NCBI GenBank assembly: GCA_045128275.1
Contig: JBGVRH010000046.1
Coordinates: forward strand, 51,178 to 115,177
Direction of reading: 5' to 3'
Length of the DNA: 64,000 nucleotides
From: Eubacteriales bacterium
GTDB taxonomy: Bacteria > Bacillota > Clostridia > Oscillospirales > CAG-272
This document shows, in pieces, positions 1 to 7,970 of this stretch. The stretch's first letter is position 1. Each line of letters starts with the position of its first letter. The position numbers were made by a program, and so were the translations under genes. The notes beneath the pieces are model-generated. The model did no database searches and was not told the DNA's origin. It worked only from the letters and a program-made list of their open reading frames with translations.

Positions 1-140
1 TCCGCGCCGCAGCTCCCGAGACACAGGATGCCGTTCTGCGAGTATTGCAGATCGACACGGGGCGGACGCAGAGGAAAGATGCGTGATTTTAGAATTTAAG
101 TAGAAAGTCCGAGCATTGAAGCTCGGTAGGAATTGTCTCT

Positions 141-848
141 ATGTTAAATCATAATATCGAAGAAGCCGTCACCCTCGTCTCTATCGTAACGCAAGATCAT
201 GCCGTTTTGGATCGTCTCCATCGAAACATGGAGGCTATACTCCCGCACACATACGAGAGCGTATATAGCAAAAGGCCGCTTCCGTTTGCAATCAAAAACG
301 ATCTTTCCGCGGCATATCATCAGATCGGTAGGTTCTCCGGTCTAACCGACCACATCACTCACGCGAAAGAATTACTAATTGGTCCCGACGATCTCCAAAC
401 TCAAATTGTATATTCCACTATGCGTAATGTGCTTTTTGAGTCAAAATCGGATAATCTGAAGAAGCTTGACGACACGACAAGCAGGTTTCAAGAACGGAAG
501 TCCTATGACATAGATAAACTAAGCGCACTAAAACGACTGGTATTGGCTGAAAACTATGCTATTTATGCTCTTGCCATTTCTTCCTGTATCGAATCTGCCT
601 ATGCCATAGAAACGGTGATGGAATACCGTCAAAAGCATGGCTCTTTTGCACGCATGATAGCACGGCTATCCGGATCTATTCCGTACAGACAAGGTGAAGT
701 ACCATATCGCATCGACCGCATTGATTCTCTTTATCCGGTTATCAAAAGAAATTTTGACCTCATGTTCAGCACTACATCCTATCATCTTCTGTACGCCCAA
801 AATGATTTGTGGTTGACCCTCCATGGTATCGGCCTTGATGACGAATAA
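141..848 (+). CDS. hypothetical protein (cargo of ssrA-linked island)
   Basis: 235-aa ORF, visibly AT-richer than core genes. It lies 14 nt upstream of the integrase and is co-oriented with it. No family recognised. Confidence 0.5.
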   Translation: MLNHNIEEAVTLVSIVTQDHAVLDRLHRNMEAILPHTYESVYSKRPLPFAIKNDLSAAYHQIGRFSGLTDHITHAKELLIGPDDLQTQIVYSTMRNVLFESKSDNLKKLDDTTSRFQERKSYDIDKLSALKRLVLAENYAIYALAISSCIESAYAIETVMEYRQKHGSFARMIARLSGSIPYRQGEVPYRIDRIDSLYPVIKRNFDLMFSTTSYHLLYAQNDLWLTLHGIGLDDE

Positions 849-862
849 AGAAAGGAGCCTCC

Positions 863-1999
863 ATGCCCAGCTACGAGCAAAGCACCGGAAAGAATAAGTT
901 TTGGTCTGTCCGCTTCCGCGAAACCGGCGAGGATCAGAAACGCCACCAGAAGCGCCTCTCCGGCTTCAAGACCAAACGTGACGCGCGGCTCGCATACGAG
1001 GCCTACTGCCTGGAGCGAGACAAAGCCGCAAGAGAACGTAAGCCCATCGTCACCCCAGAGAACCCCGACAATATGTATTTCAGCGATCTGCTGGACGCAT
1101 ACCTTTTGTACGAGAAGGGCCGTGTGAAAGAATCGTCCTACTACGACATTGAGAACAAGATCGAAAACCGCATCCGCCCCTACTTTGAAGAAAAGCAGCT
1201 CTGGGAGATCAAGCCGGCAACCGTCCTTGAATGGTCGCAGGCACTCACCGAGGAAGGCTATTCCTACTCCTACCGCTCCGGCCTCATGACCCGTCTGAGC
1301 GGTATATACCGTTATGGTGCGAAGTACCACGACATCACCGACATCATGCCCAAGGTAGACAGGCCCCGCAATCTGGAAGCGAAAAAGAAGATGGAATACT
1401 GGACACCAGAGGAATTCAAATCCATGATTGAACACGTCAGCAATCCCACCTTCGCCACCATGTTCTGGACGCTGTACGTGGTCGGATGCCGCCGCGGCGA
1501 GGGAGCCGCCTTGACGTGGAACGATATTGATACCGAAAAGGGCACCGTGACCATTACCAAGTCCATCACCACCAAGGTCAAGGGCGCGACGTATAAGGTC
1601 ACGACTCCCAAGAATCTGTCCAGTAACCGAACCGTCTACATCCCTCCCTTCCTGTGCGCCATGCTGGAGGAACACCGTGGCCGGTGCGCTTCCCTGCCGG
1701 GAGGCGATGAGCTCACCGCTCCCACCGCCTTCGTGTTCGGCGGCTCCCGCCCCGTCCCCCACTCCTCGCTGGATCACGCTTTTGAGAGAGCCATTACCAA
1801 GGCAGGCGTGAAGCCGATCCGCATCCACGATCTGCGCCACTCCTGCGCATCCCGCCTCCTCTCCGCCGGTGTCAGCATCGTCGCCGTCTCGGAACACCTC
1901 GGTCATGCCGACGTGGAGCAGACCCTCAACACCTACGCGCATATGATGCCCGATGACCGCTCGATTATTGTCAAGGTTTTGCAGTCCATAAACGAATAG
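863..1999 (+). CDS. int: tyrosine-type site-specific integrase
   Basis: 378 aa. C-terminal catalytic region has IRIHDLRHSCASRLL and LGHADVEQTLNTYAHMM (R..HxxR..Y signature). It ends 114 nt from the tmRNA 3' end. Confidence 0.9.
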   Translation: MPSYEQSTGKNKFWSVRFRETGEDQKRHQKRLSGFKTKRDARLAYEAYCLERDKAARERKPIVTPENPDNMYFSDLLDAYLLYEKGRVKESSYYDIENKIENRIRPYFEEKQLWEIKPATVLEWSQALTEEGYSYSYRSGLMTRLSGIYRYGAKYHDITDIMPKVDRPRNLEAKKKMEYWTPEEFKSMIEHVSNPTFATMFWTLYVVGCRRGEGAALTWNDIDTEKGTVTITKSITTKVKGATYKVTTPKNLSSNRTVYIPPFLCAMLEEHRGRCASLPGGDELTAPTAFVFGGSRPVPHSSLDHAFERAITKAGVKPIRIHDLRHSCASRLLSAGVSIVAVSEHLGHADVEQTLNTYAHMMPDDRSIIVKVLQSINE

Positions 2000-2040
2000 G
2001 CACAAACAGTTCCCAAAACAGTTTGTGCCTAAAGTGTGCC

Positions 2041-2102
2041 AAAAAGCAAAAGAAGCCTATATGTTGTGTTCCAACATTCGTCCAAAACACAATATATAGG
2101 CT
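2041..2102 (-). terminator. intrinsic terminator downstream of ssrA
   Basis: On the minus strand: stem AGCCTATATATTGTGTT / AACACAACATATAGGCT followed by TCTTTTGCTTTTT, directly after the tmRNA CCA end. Confidence 0.6.
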
Positions 2103-2112
2103 CTTTTTGAGT

Positions 2113-2480
2113 TGGTGGAGATGAGGGGAGTCGAACCCCTGTCCGAAAACCGATCCATGCGACTTTCTCCGGGCGCAGCGTCTGATCAGATCTCCCTGGG
2201 GACGACCTCAGGCGCAAGGTCGTACACAGGCAGCCATTTTTTGCGTGATCGGCTCAATGGCGAACCACCGATGCACGGGCACCGCTACATGACGTTCAGC
2301 CTCGGGTCGCGGTACTCCCGGGGGGAACGGGCGGCATTATGAGCCGCGGCACTGCCAATTAGGCAGCCAGAGCAACAGAATTGTTGTCGTTTAATTTTTA
2401 AGGTTGGGCATTTTGACGGGGTTACCCGGCCCGGCCCGCTTATCGCACTTCACAATCCCCGTCGAAACCGGTACACCCCC
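2113..2480 (-). ncRNA. ssrA: tmRNA (SsrA)
   Basis: Minus strand starts GGGGGTGTACCGGTTTCGACGGGG and ends GGTTCGACTCCCCTCATCTCCACCA (tRNA-Ala-like acceptor/T-arm). Internal tag frame reads ...AAC GAC AAC AAT TCT GTT GCT CTG GCT GCC TAA (..NDNNSVALAA*). Adjacent to smpB. Confidence 0.9.
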
Positions 2481-2484
2481 ATGG

Positions 2485-2545
2485 AAGTGAAGAGTGAAGA
2501 GTGAAGAGTGAAGAGTGAAGAGTGAAGAGTGAAAAGAGAAGAGAA
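2485..2545. repeat. heptamer tandem repeat (GTGAAGA)n
   Basis: About 8 consecutive 7-nt units (gtgaaga x5, then degenerate gtgaaaa/gagaaga) fill the smpB-ssrA spacer and abut the tmRNA 5' end. Confidence 0.9.
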
Positions 2546-2587
2546 TCGGTGGAGTTCCCGCGGAACTCAAAATTTGGAGAAAAATGA

Positions 2588-3061
2588 TTAGCTGCGGTAG
2601 GTCTTGTCCTTCATGCGGCGCTCGATCTCGCGGTCGGATTCGGCCTTAGCGATGGAGTCGCGCTTATCGTAGAGCTTCTTGCCTCGGCAGAGTCCGATCT
2701 CGACCTTGAGGCGAGAGCCCTTGAAGTAGACCTGGAGAGGGACTAAGGTATAGCCCTTCTGGGTCATGAGTCCCTGGAGCTTCATGATCTCCTTCTTGTG
2801 CATGAGGAGTCTGCGATCGCGCAGGGGCTCGCGGTTGAAGATATTGCCATGCTCGTAGGGGCTGACGTGGATGCCGATGGCGTACAGCTCGCCGTCCTTG
2901 ATGTGGCAGTAGGAATCCTTGAGGTTGATGCCGCCGCCGCGGATGCTCTTGACCTCGGTGCCGTAGAGCTCGATCCCTGCTTCGTACTTCTCGTCGATGA
3001 AGTAATCGTGCCAGGCCTTCTTATTCTGGGTGATGATCTTGATCCCCTGCTTTTCTGCCAT
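2588..3061 (-). CDS. smpB: SsrA-binding protein SmpB
   Basis: 157 aa, N-terminus MAEKQGIKIITQNKKAWHDYFIDEKYEAGIELYGTEVKS... is typical SmpB. Immediately upstream of tmRNA. Confidence 0.95.
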   Translation of the reverse strand: MAEKQGIKIITQNKKAWHDYFIDEKYEAGIELYGTEVKSIRGGGINLKDSYCHIKDGELYAIGIHVSPYEHGNIFNREPLRDRRLLMHKKEIMKLQGLMTQKGYTLVPLQVYFKGSRLKVEIGLCRGKKLYDKRDSIAKAESDREIERRMKDKTYRS

Positions 3062-3117
3062 GGGTGAGCCCTCCTTTCCTTGGGTCTTGGGTCTTTGCGG
3101 TGGTGGTTTGGGTGGGG

Positions 3118-3480
3118 TTACTCGTTGACGTCGTTGTAGTAGACGTCCTCGTCGGGGAAATACATACCCAGCACGTCGCGGGCGTACTCGATGATGTAGT
3201 CCTCGTCGATCTCCTTATTGAGGAAATACTGGAGCTTTTTGTTCTCCTCCCGCAAGCGCTCGTACTCGGCCTGAAGCTCCTCGGTCTGGGCGCGGAGCTG
3301 ATTGGCCCGCATGACGTTGGCGATGCTGATGACCAGGGCGGCGACCAGCACGGAGGCCAGGGCCACCTTCATGAGCATGGATTTTCCCAGGCTCTTGTCG
3401 GGATCCTGCTTGGGGGCAATGGGCTGCTCCTCGGGGGTTACTTGCAGCTCGTTCTTTTCGGAATCGAAGCGATCAGCCAT
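3118..3480 (-). CDS. divIC: septum formation initiator (DivIC/FtsB family)
   Basis: 120 aa with a single TM helix followed by a coiled coil (LRAQTEELQAEYERLREENKKLQ). AAGGAG RBS. Synteny yabP-yabQ-divIC. Confidence 0.8.
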   Translation of the reverse strand: MADRFDSEKNELQVTPEEQPIAPKQDPDKSLGKSMLMKVALASVLVAALVISIANVMRANQLRAQTEELQAEYERLREENKKLQYFLNKEIDEDYIIEYARDVLGMYFPDEDVYYNDVNE

Positions 3481-3555
3481 GGGAGTCTCCTTTCTGCGTC
3501 GGTGGTTTTCTACGTGGATTCTTCCCGTCTGCCCGAGGTTTATGCGGGGGGACGG

Positions 3556-4134
3556 TCATTTCTTTTTGGGGGAATGCTCGGGGATGACCGCAAGGTCAAA
3601 GCCTCGGTTGGCGGCTTGTCTGAGATCCTCGATCACCCGCTCGGTCTGCCTCTCTCGGCTTTGGGACAGGGCTTTTCCGACCGTGATGCGCCAAAGGAAT
3701 CGCGCGGCTCTCGCGGTGATCCTACCCGTCCAAAGAAGCGGGGAAAGAGCCAGCCTGACCACTCGTTTTACCAAGCGCGACAGGGGCTTTTCCAGCTTTT
3801 CCACCATGCGTCCCAGGGTCTCCTTAAAGGCAAAGAAGCCGCACGCCATTCCCAACACGGCCGGCGCGCGGAGCTGTCCGTCGTTTCTGTAATACAGAAG
3901 AAGGATAAGGGTCAGGGCGGCGGTGACCGCAAAGAGCACGTCTCCCAGAAAGAGGGTAACGGCGAAAAGCTTGGATCTGCTTCCCTGTTTGCCCATACCG
4001 GACTCCCCGAAGGAGAGGAACCGCAGAAGGCGAAGCAGGGCATACCATCCGCCCAGGAAAAAGCCCGCAGCGGCGGCGTAGAGGAACAGGAGGGCCAGTG
4101 CTCCCTGGCTCTGGTAGAGATCCAGCCCGCTCAT
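3556..4134 (-). CDS. yabQ: spore cortex biosynthesis protein YabQ-like membrane protein
   Basis: 192-aa multi-TM protein. ATGA overlap with the yabP stop. Position between yabP and divIC as in Bacillus. Confidence 0.7.
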   Translation of the reverse strand: MSGLDLYQSQGALALLFLYAAAAGFFLGGWYALLRLLRFLSFGESGMGKQGSRSKLFAVTLFLGDVLFAVTAALTLILLLYYRNDGQLRAPAVLGMACGFFAFKETLGRMVEKLEKPLSRLVKRVVRLALSPLLWTGRITARAARFLWRITVGKALSQSRERQTERVIEDLRQAANRGFDLAVIPEHSPKKK

Positions 4135-4445
4135 GAGCCAAAGAAACGGCGGAGGCGGGGCTTGGCGGGGCGGGCGGAGGGGGGCTCTCGGTCGGGATCC
4201 TCGTAGAGAACACCGTTGAGCTTCCCCGTGACGGCTACGGTGCCGTCCTTGGTGTTGAGGACGTGGATACGCAGCTCCTCGCCCTCCAGGTTGAGAATAC
4301 CGCAGGTGGTGACCAGGCGGACAGTCTCCTCGTCGAAGCTGACCACCTCGGACACACCGCTGACGGTGATCTCACGGCGGTTGCCGATGGAGAGGGCGTG
4401 GCCCTTTCCCGTATCCGTTCCTCGGGGCTGTACCGTATCGTTCAT
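4131..4445 (-). CDS. yabP: sporulation protein YabP
   Basis: Motif ITVSGVSEVVSFDEETVRLVTTCGILNLEGEELRIHVLNTKDGTVAVTGKLNGVLY. Start set at MNDTV, which has AAGGAGG 8 nt upstream. Confidence 0.85.
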   Translation of the reverse strand: MNDTVQPRGTDTGKGHALSIGNRREITVSGVSEVVSFDEETVRLVTTCGILNLEGEELRIHVLNTKDGTVAVTGKLNGVLYEDPDREPPSARPAKPRLRRFFGS

Positions 4446-4525
4446 ATCCTGCCTCCTTTGCATGTGATCCGATGGATTCTATGCGGGGGCAGGCAGGATT
4501 ATGACGGTACGGTCAGCGGCGGAGA

Positions 4526-4771
4526 TCAGGACTCGACTACCTCGTAGAGGGAGGAGGCGGCATCCTTGCCGACGGTCTCCTTGACCTCCAGCACGCGGAT
4601 ACGCAGGGTTCTCGCACCGAAGGTAATATCAATGAGGTCACCGACCTTGACGTCGTAGGACGCTTTGGCGGGGCGGCCGTTGACCGTCACGTGATCGGCG
4701 TCGCAGGCATCGTTGGCCACAGTGCGGCGCTTGATGATGCGGCTCACCTTCAGGTACTTATCGAGACGCAT
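4526..4771 (-). CDS. yabO: S4-domain RNA-binding protein (YabO/Hsp15-like)
   Basis: 81 aa, MRLDKYLKVSRIIKRRTVANDACDADHVTVNGRPAK is an S4 fold signature. Precedes yabP as in Bacillus. Confidence 0.8.
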   Translation of the reverse strand: MRLDKYLKVSRIIKRRTVANDACDADHVTVNGRPAKASYDVKVGDLIDITFGARTLRIRVLEVKETVGKDAASSLYEVVES

Positions 4772-4772
4772 A

Positions 4773-5045
4773 TCAGTTCAGGCTCTCCTTGACGGACTTG
4801 GCGGACACGAAGGCCAGATACTTGCAAGCGGGGACGGAAACGACCTCACCGGTCTTGGGGTTGCGGCCCTTTCTCTCGGCGCGCTCGCGAACCTCGAAGG
4901 TACCGAAGCCGGACAGCTGAACCTTCTCACCTGCGGACAGGTTCTCCAGGATGGTCTCCTCGATGAGGCTCCAGGTCTCGGCGACCTGCTTCTGGGACAG
5001 CTCGCTCTTCTCGGCGACGGCTTTGATCAGTTGGCTCTTGTTCAT
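4773..5045 (-). CDS. hup: DNA-binding protein HU
   Basis: 90 aa, MNKSQLIKAVAEKSELSQKQVAET...GFGTFEVRERAERKGRNPKTGEVV. The ORF-track N-terminal extension was trimmed. Confidence 0.95.
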   Translation of the reverse strand: MNKSQLIKAVAEKSELSQKQVAETWSLIEETILENLSAGEKVQLSGFGTFEVRERAERKGRNPKTGEVVSVPACKYLAFVSAKSVKESLN

Positions 5046-5289
5046 GATATGACTCCAATCTTGTGATGTTTTTTGGGTAGGGATATTATACCACATTACC
5101 GCAAAAAATGCAATACCCCAAAACGATTTTTTTGTGTTTTTTCGGGCCTTTTTCCCGATGGTAAAAAATCCCCCGCCCTGTCTTGGGAGCATTCTGTAGA
5201 ATCCTGTCAAAACCCATTGGGCGGCATATACTGATAACGAGCGGCGGCGGCTTCGCTTCACCGCTCAAATCCATATGGAGGTATACATC

Positions 5290-6171
5290 ATGTCTGACAA
5301 CCGTTTTATCCCCTGTGGGATGACCGGAAACGGATGCGGCAAGGGTGGGGAAACCCGCACCGTCTGCGTGGAAACCAACCGCATTCTGGACTCCTGCCGT
5401 GACCGCGACTGCTTTGAGAACGTCCGCGTATTTCTGACCGATCTTGGCCAGGAGCTGATCGAGCGCACCACCCAGGTGCGGGTCAAGGATGCCTGCATCG
5501 CCTGGACCTACATCGGCATCGACCCCGTCCAGTTCAACCGCGGCTTCTACACCGTCCACATCCGCTTCTACGTCAAGCTCATTCTGGAGGCCTGCGTCTG
5601 CCCCGGCCGTTCCCAGGAGTTCGACGGCATCGCCGTGCTGGAAAAGCAGGTGGTGCTCTTCGGCGGGGACTCCTCGGTGAGCATCTTCCGCTCCAGCTCG
5701 GACGGCGCGGGGTTCTGCGCCGAGCCCGAGCCCTGCTACAAGGAGCGCAGTGTTCCCACCGCCGTGGTGGAGGCGGTGGATCCCATCGTCCTGGGCGTGC
5801 GGGTGCTGGAGCCTGTCTGTAGTGAGCCCGTATGCTGCTGCTGCTGTGCCTGTGACATCCCCCACTCCATCGCGGGCTGTCTCTCCGCCCCCCTCTACAC
5901 CGATGCCCGCGACTGCGACGGCCACGGCCACGATGACGGCCGCATCCTGGTGGTGTCCCTGGGCATCTTCTCCCTGGTACGGCTGGTGCGTCCCGCCCAG
6001 TACCTCATCACCGCCGCCGAGTTTGTCATTCCCGACAAGGAGTGCGTCTCGGCCTCTCCCGAGAGTCCCTGCGATCTCTTCCGCACCATGGCCTTCCCCA
6101 TTGCCGAGTTCTCCCCCGCCCCCATGCCTCTGCCCACCGCCGACCGCAACAAGTGCGGCTGTAACGGGTAA
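5290..6171 (+). CDS. cysteine-rich hypothetical protein
   Basis: 293 aa. GGAGG lies 8 nt upstream of the ATG (MSDNRF). Many Cys, including the run CCCCCAC. Followed by a strong terminator. Confidence 0.6.
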   Translation: MSDNRFIPCGMTGNGCGKGGETRTVCVETNRILDSCRDRDCFENVRVFLTDLGQELIERTTQVRVKDACIAWTYIGIDPVQFNRGFYTVHIRFYVKLILEACVCPGRSQEFDGIAVLEKQVVLFGGDSSVSIFRSSSDGAGFCAEPEPCYKERSVPTAVVEAVDPIVLGVRVLEPVCSEPVCCCCCACDIPHSIAGCLSAPLYTDARDCDGHGHDDGRILVVSLGIFSLVRLVRPAQYLITAAEFVIPDKECVSASPESPCDLFRTMAFPIAEFSPAPMPLPTADRNKCGCNG

Positions 6172-6300
6172 AGGGAGCGGGTACGGTCGTCGTAAACAGG
6201 GCGCACACATAGGTGCGCCCTACCGATAGGAATCGTAGCCCAAAGGATCAGCGCGACCGCCACCCCATCCCGGATACAGAGACCCGACAACCATAAAAAA

Positions 6301-6333
6301 ACGCCTCCGTACTTCCATACGGGGGCGTTTTTG
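6301..6333. terminator. bidirectional intrinsic terminator
   Basis: ACGCCTCCGTA-cttcca-TACGGGGGCGT, flanked by an A-run upstream and a T-run downstream. Lies between convergent genes. Confidence 0.7.
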
Positions 6334-6400
6334 GGGATGCCGCGCGGGGAGACCCCACGGGCATGGAACCGGGCGAACTTGCTTCAAGAATAGTCAAGAA

Positions 6401-6589
6401 TCAACCGTCGTCACGGTCAGAATAGTCGCCATCGACCTTGTCGAAGTCCTCCTTGGAGGCTCCGCACAGGGGGCATACCCAATCAGCGGGCAGATCCTCA
6501 AAATCGGTGCCTTCGTCGATACCGTTATCGGGATCGCCTACCTCGGGACGGTACTCATAACCGCACAGCTCGCAAGCATATACGCTCAT
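6401..6589 (-). CDS. rubredoxin
   Basis: 62 aa with CxxC...CxxC (CELCGY ... CPLCGA) and WVCP. GGAGG RBS upstream of MSVY. Confidence 0.9.
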   Translation of the reverse strand: MSVYACELCGYEYRPEVGDPDNGIDEGTDFEDLPADWVCPLCGASKEDFDKVDGDYSDRDDG

Positions 6590-6740
6590 TCCTCTCCCTC
6601 CTTCCACATGGTTATCTTGATTTCCCAAGGGTCATTTTTGACCCCTGCGAAATATCTGTAGTATATAATATAGCATTCAAGGCGTTTTGTCAAGAGCTAA
6701 AAGTGTTTTTTATGAAATTTTCTTGATTCGACAAATTCCG

Positions 6741-7874
6741 TCAGGAGTATATGCGGTATTTTTCAACAATTTCACAGAACCGTTTGGTTCCCTCCCGCGC
6801 TTGCTTCATGACCGCCGCGGGGTCGAAGTCGTCGGCCAGGATATCCTGCCCGATTCGGAGGGCGAGGCCTGCCCGCTTGACGGTGAATTCGGGATATTTC
6901 TTGAAGTGGCGGAGCATATGGAGCATGGTCTCGAAGGGGCGGTAGGTGTCGCGGTCGGTGATGTGCAGCTCCACGCCTCGGCAGGTCTGCTTCTCATGCT
7001 TGTTGAACATGGGGGTAAAGGCCAAGGGGCGGAACAGGACACCGGGGAGGGAGAGGGAATTCATGTCCCGCGCCAGGGCCTTCTCGTCCACGAAGGGGGC
7101 GCCCAGCCAGTCGAAGGGCCGGGTTGTTCCCCGCCCCTCGGAGAGGTTGGTTGCCTCGTAAATGCAGGAGCCGATGTAGTTGATGGCGGAGTTGACCGTG
7201 GGGATGTTGGGGGAGGGATTGACCCAGAGGAGGTCGGTCTCGTCGTAGTACATATGGGGTCTCCAGCCCTCGCAGGGGAGGACGTGAAGCTCACAGCCGA
7301 TGCCCTTCTCGGCATTGATGTAGCGGGCGTATTCCCCCACGGTGAGGCAGTAGCGGGTGGGGACGGCGTATTCCCCCACGAAGGAGGAATGGCGGCTCTC
7401 GTCCAGAATTAAGCCCTCACAGACGGTATTGCCGATGGGGTTGGGGCGATCCAGCACCAGGACAGGCTTCCCCGCGGCCTTGGCGGCCCGCATGAGCTGG
7501 GAGAGGTTGCAGATGTAGGTATAGAATCGCGCGCCCACGTCCTGGATATCGTAGACCGCCAGATCCACCTCGCCCAGCAGCTCGGTCAGGCGGTCGGAGC
7601 CCCGCAGAGCGGTGATATCGAAGAGCCGTGCCCCTGTCTCGGGGTGGGGAACGCCGTCCTCCTTGGAGAACCCGCCGTCCTGCATGGCCGAGGCCAGGCC
7701 GTGCTCGGGGGCAAAGAGAAGGCGGAGGTCGCTCAGCTCGGAGAGGATCTGATAGGTGGGGATACCCTGCTTGCTGATGCCCGAGGCGGCGGTGAGGAGG
7801 GCGGTCTTTCGGCCGCTGACGAGGGTCTCCAGGTCACTTACGCGGTCGATGCCGCAGAGAACGGTGTGCTTCAT
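6741..7874 (-). CDS. DUF1343 family protein (NamZ-like exo-beta-N-acetylmuramidase)
   Basis: 377 aa. The N-terminus (MKHTVLCGIDRV...LLTAASGISKQGIPTYQIL...LFAPEHG) is typical of DUF1343. Confidence 0.75.
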   Translation of the reverse strand: MKHTVLCGIDRVSDLETLVSGRKTALLTAASGISKQGIPTYQILSELSDLRLLFAPEHGLASAMQDGGFSKEDGVPHPETGARLFDITALRGSDRLTELLGEVDLAVYDIQDVGARFYTYICNLSQLMRAAKAAGKPVLVLDRPNPIGNTVCEGLILDESRHSSFVGEYAVPTRYCLTVGEYARYINAEKGIGCELHVLPCEGWRPHMYYDETDLLWVNPSPNIPTVNSAINYIGSCIYEATNLSEGRGTTRPFDWLGAPFVDEKALARDMNSLSLPGVLFRPLAFTPMFNKHEKQTCRGVELHITDRDTYRPFETMLHMLRHFKKYPEFTVKRAGLALRIGQDILADDFDPAAVMKQAREGTKRFCEIVEKYRIYS

Positions 7875-7970
7875 GGCGATTCCTTTCTGTGTCGGGGGTA
7901 TATTTGTGGGACGGGGGTCATAGGTTGTACGGAAAACGGGACAAACTCACTTGATGGAAAGGATGATGCT

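Noticed and set aside
1-2000. Calling the left-end island a prophage.
   Set aside because: Only an integrase and one orphan ORF are visible. No capsid, terminase, repressor or other phage genes lie within the window.
2029-2342. ORFs 2029-2217 (-) and 2112-2342 (+).
   Set aside because: Both lie within or across the tmRNA gene and its terminator. They have no RBS and no protein-like features.
7644-7970. N-terminal extensions of many track ORFs (starts at 7644, 16505, 21493, 24157, 25387, 42433, 44431, 46278, 48738, 49691, 54272, 57999 and 59273).
   Set aside because: The extensions overlap neighbouring genes or repeat elements. They precede an internal ATG or GTG with a good SD where the recognisable homology begins, so the starts were moved downstream.
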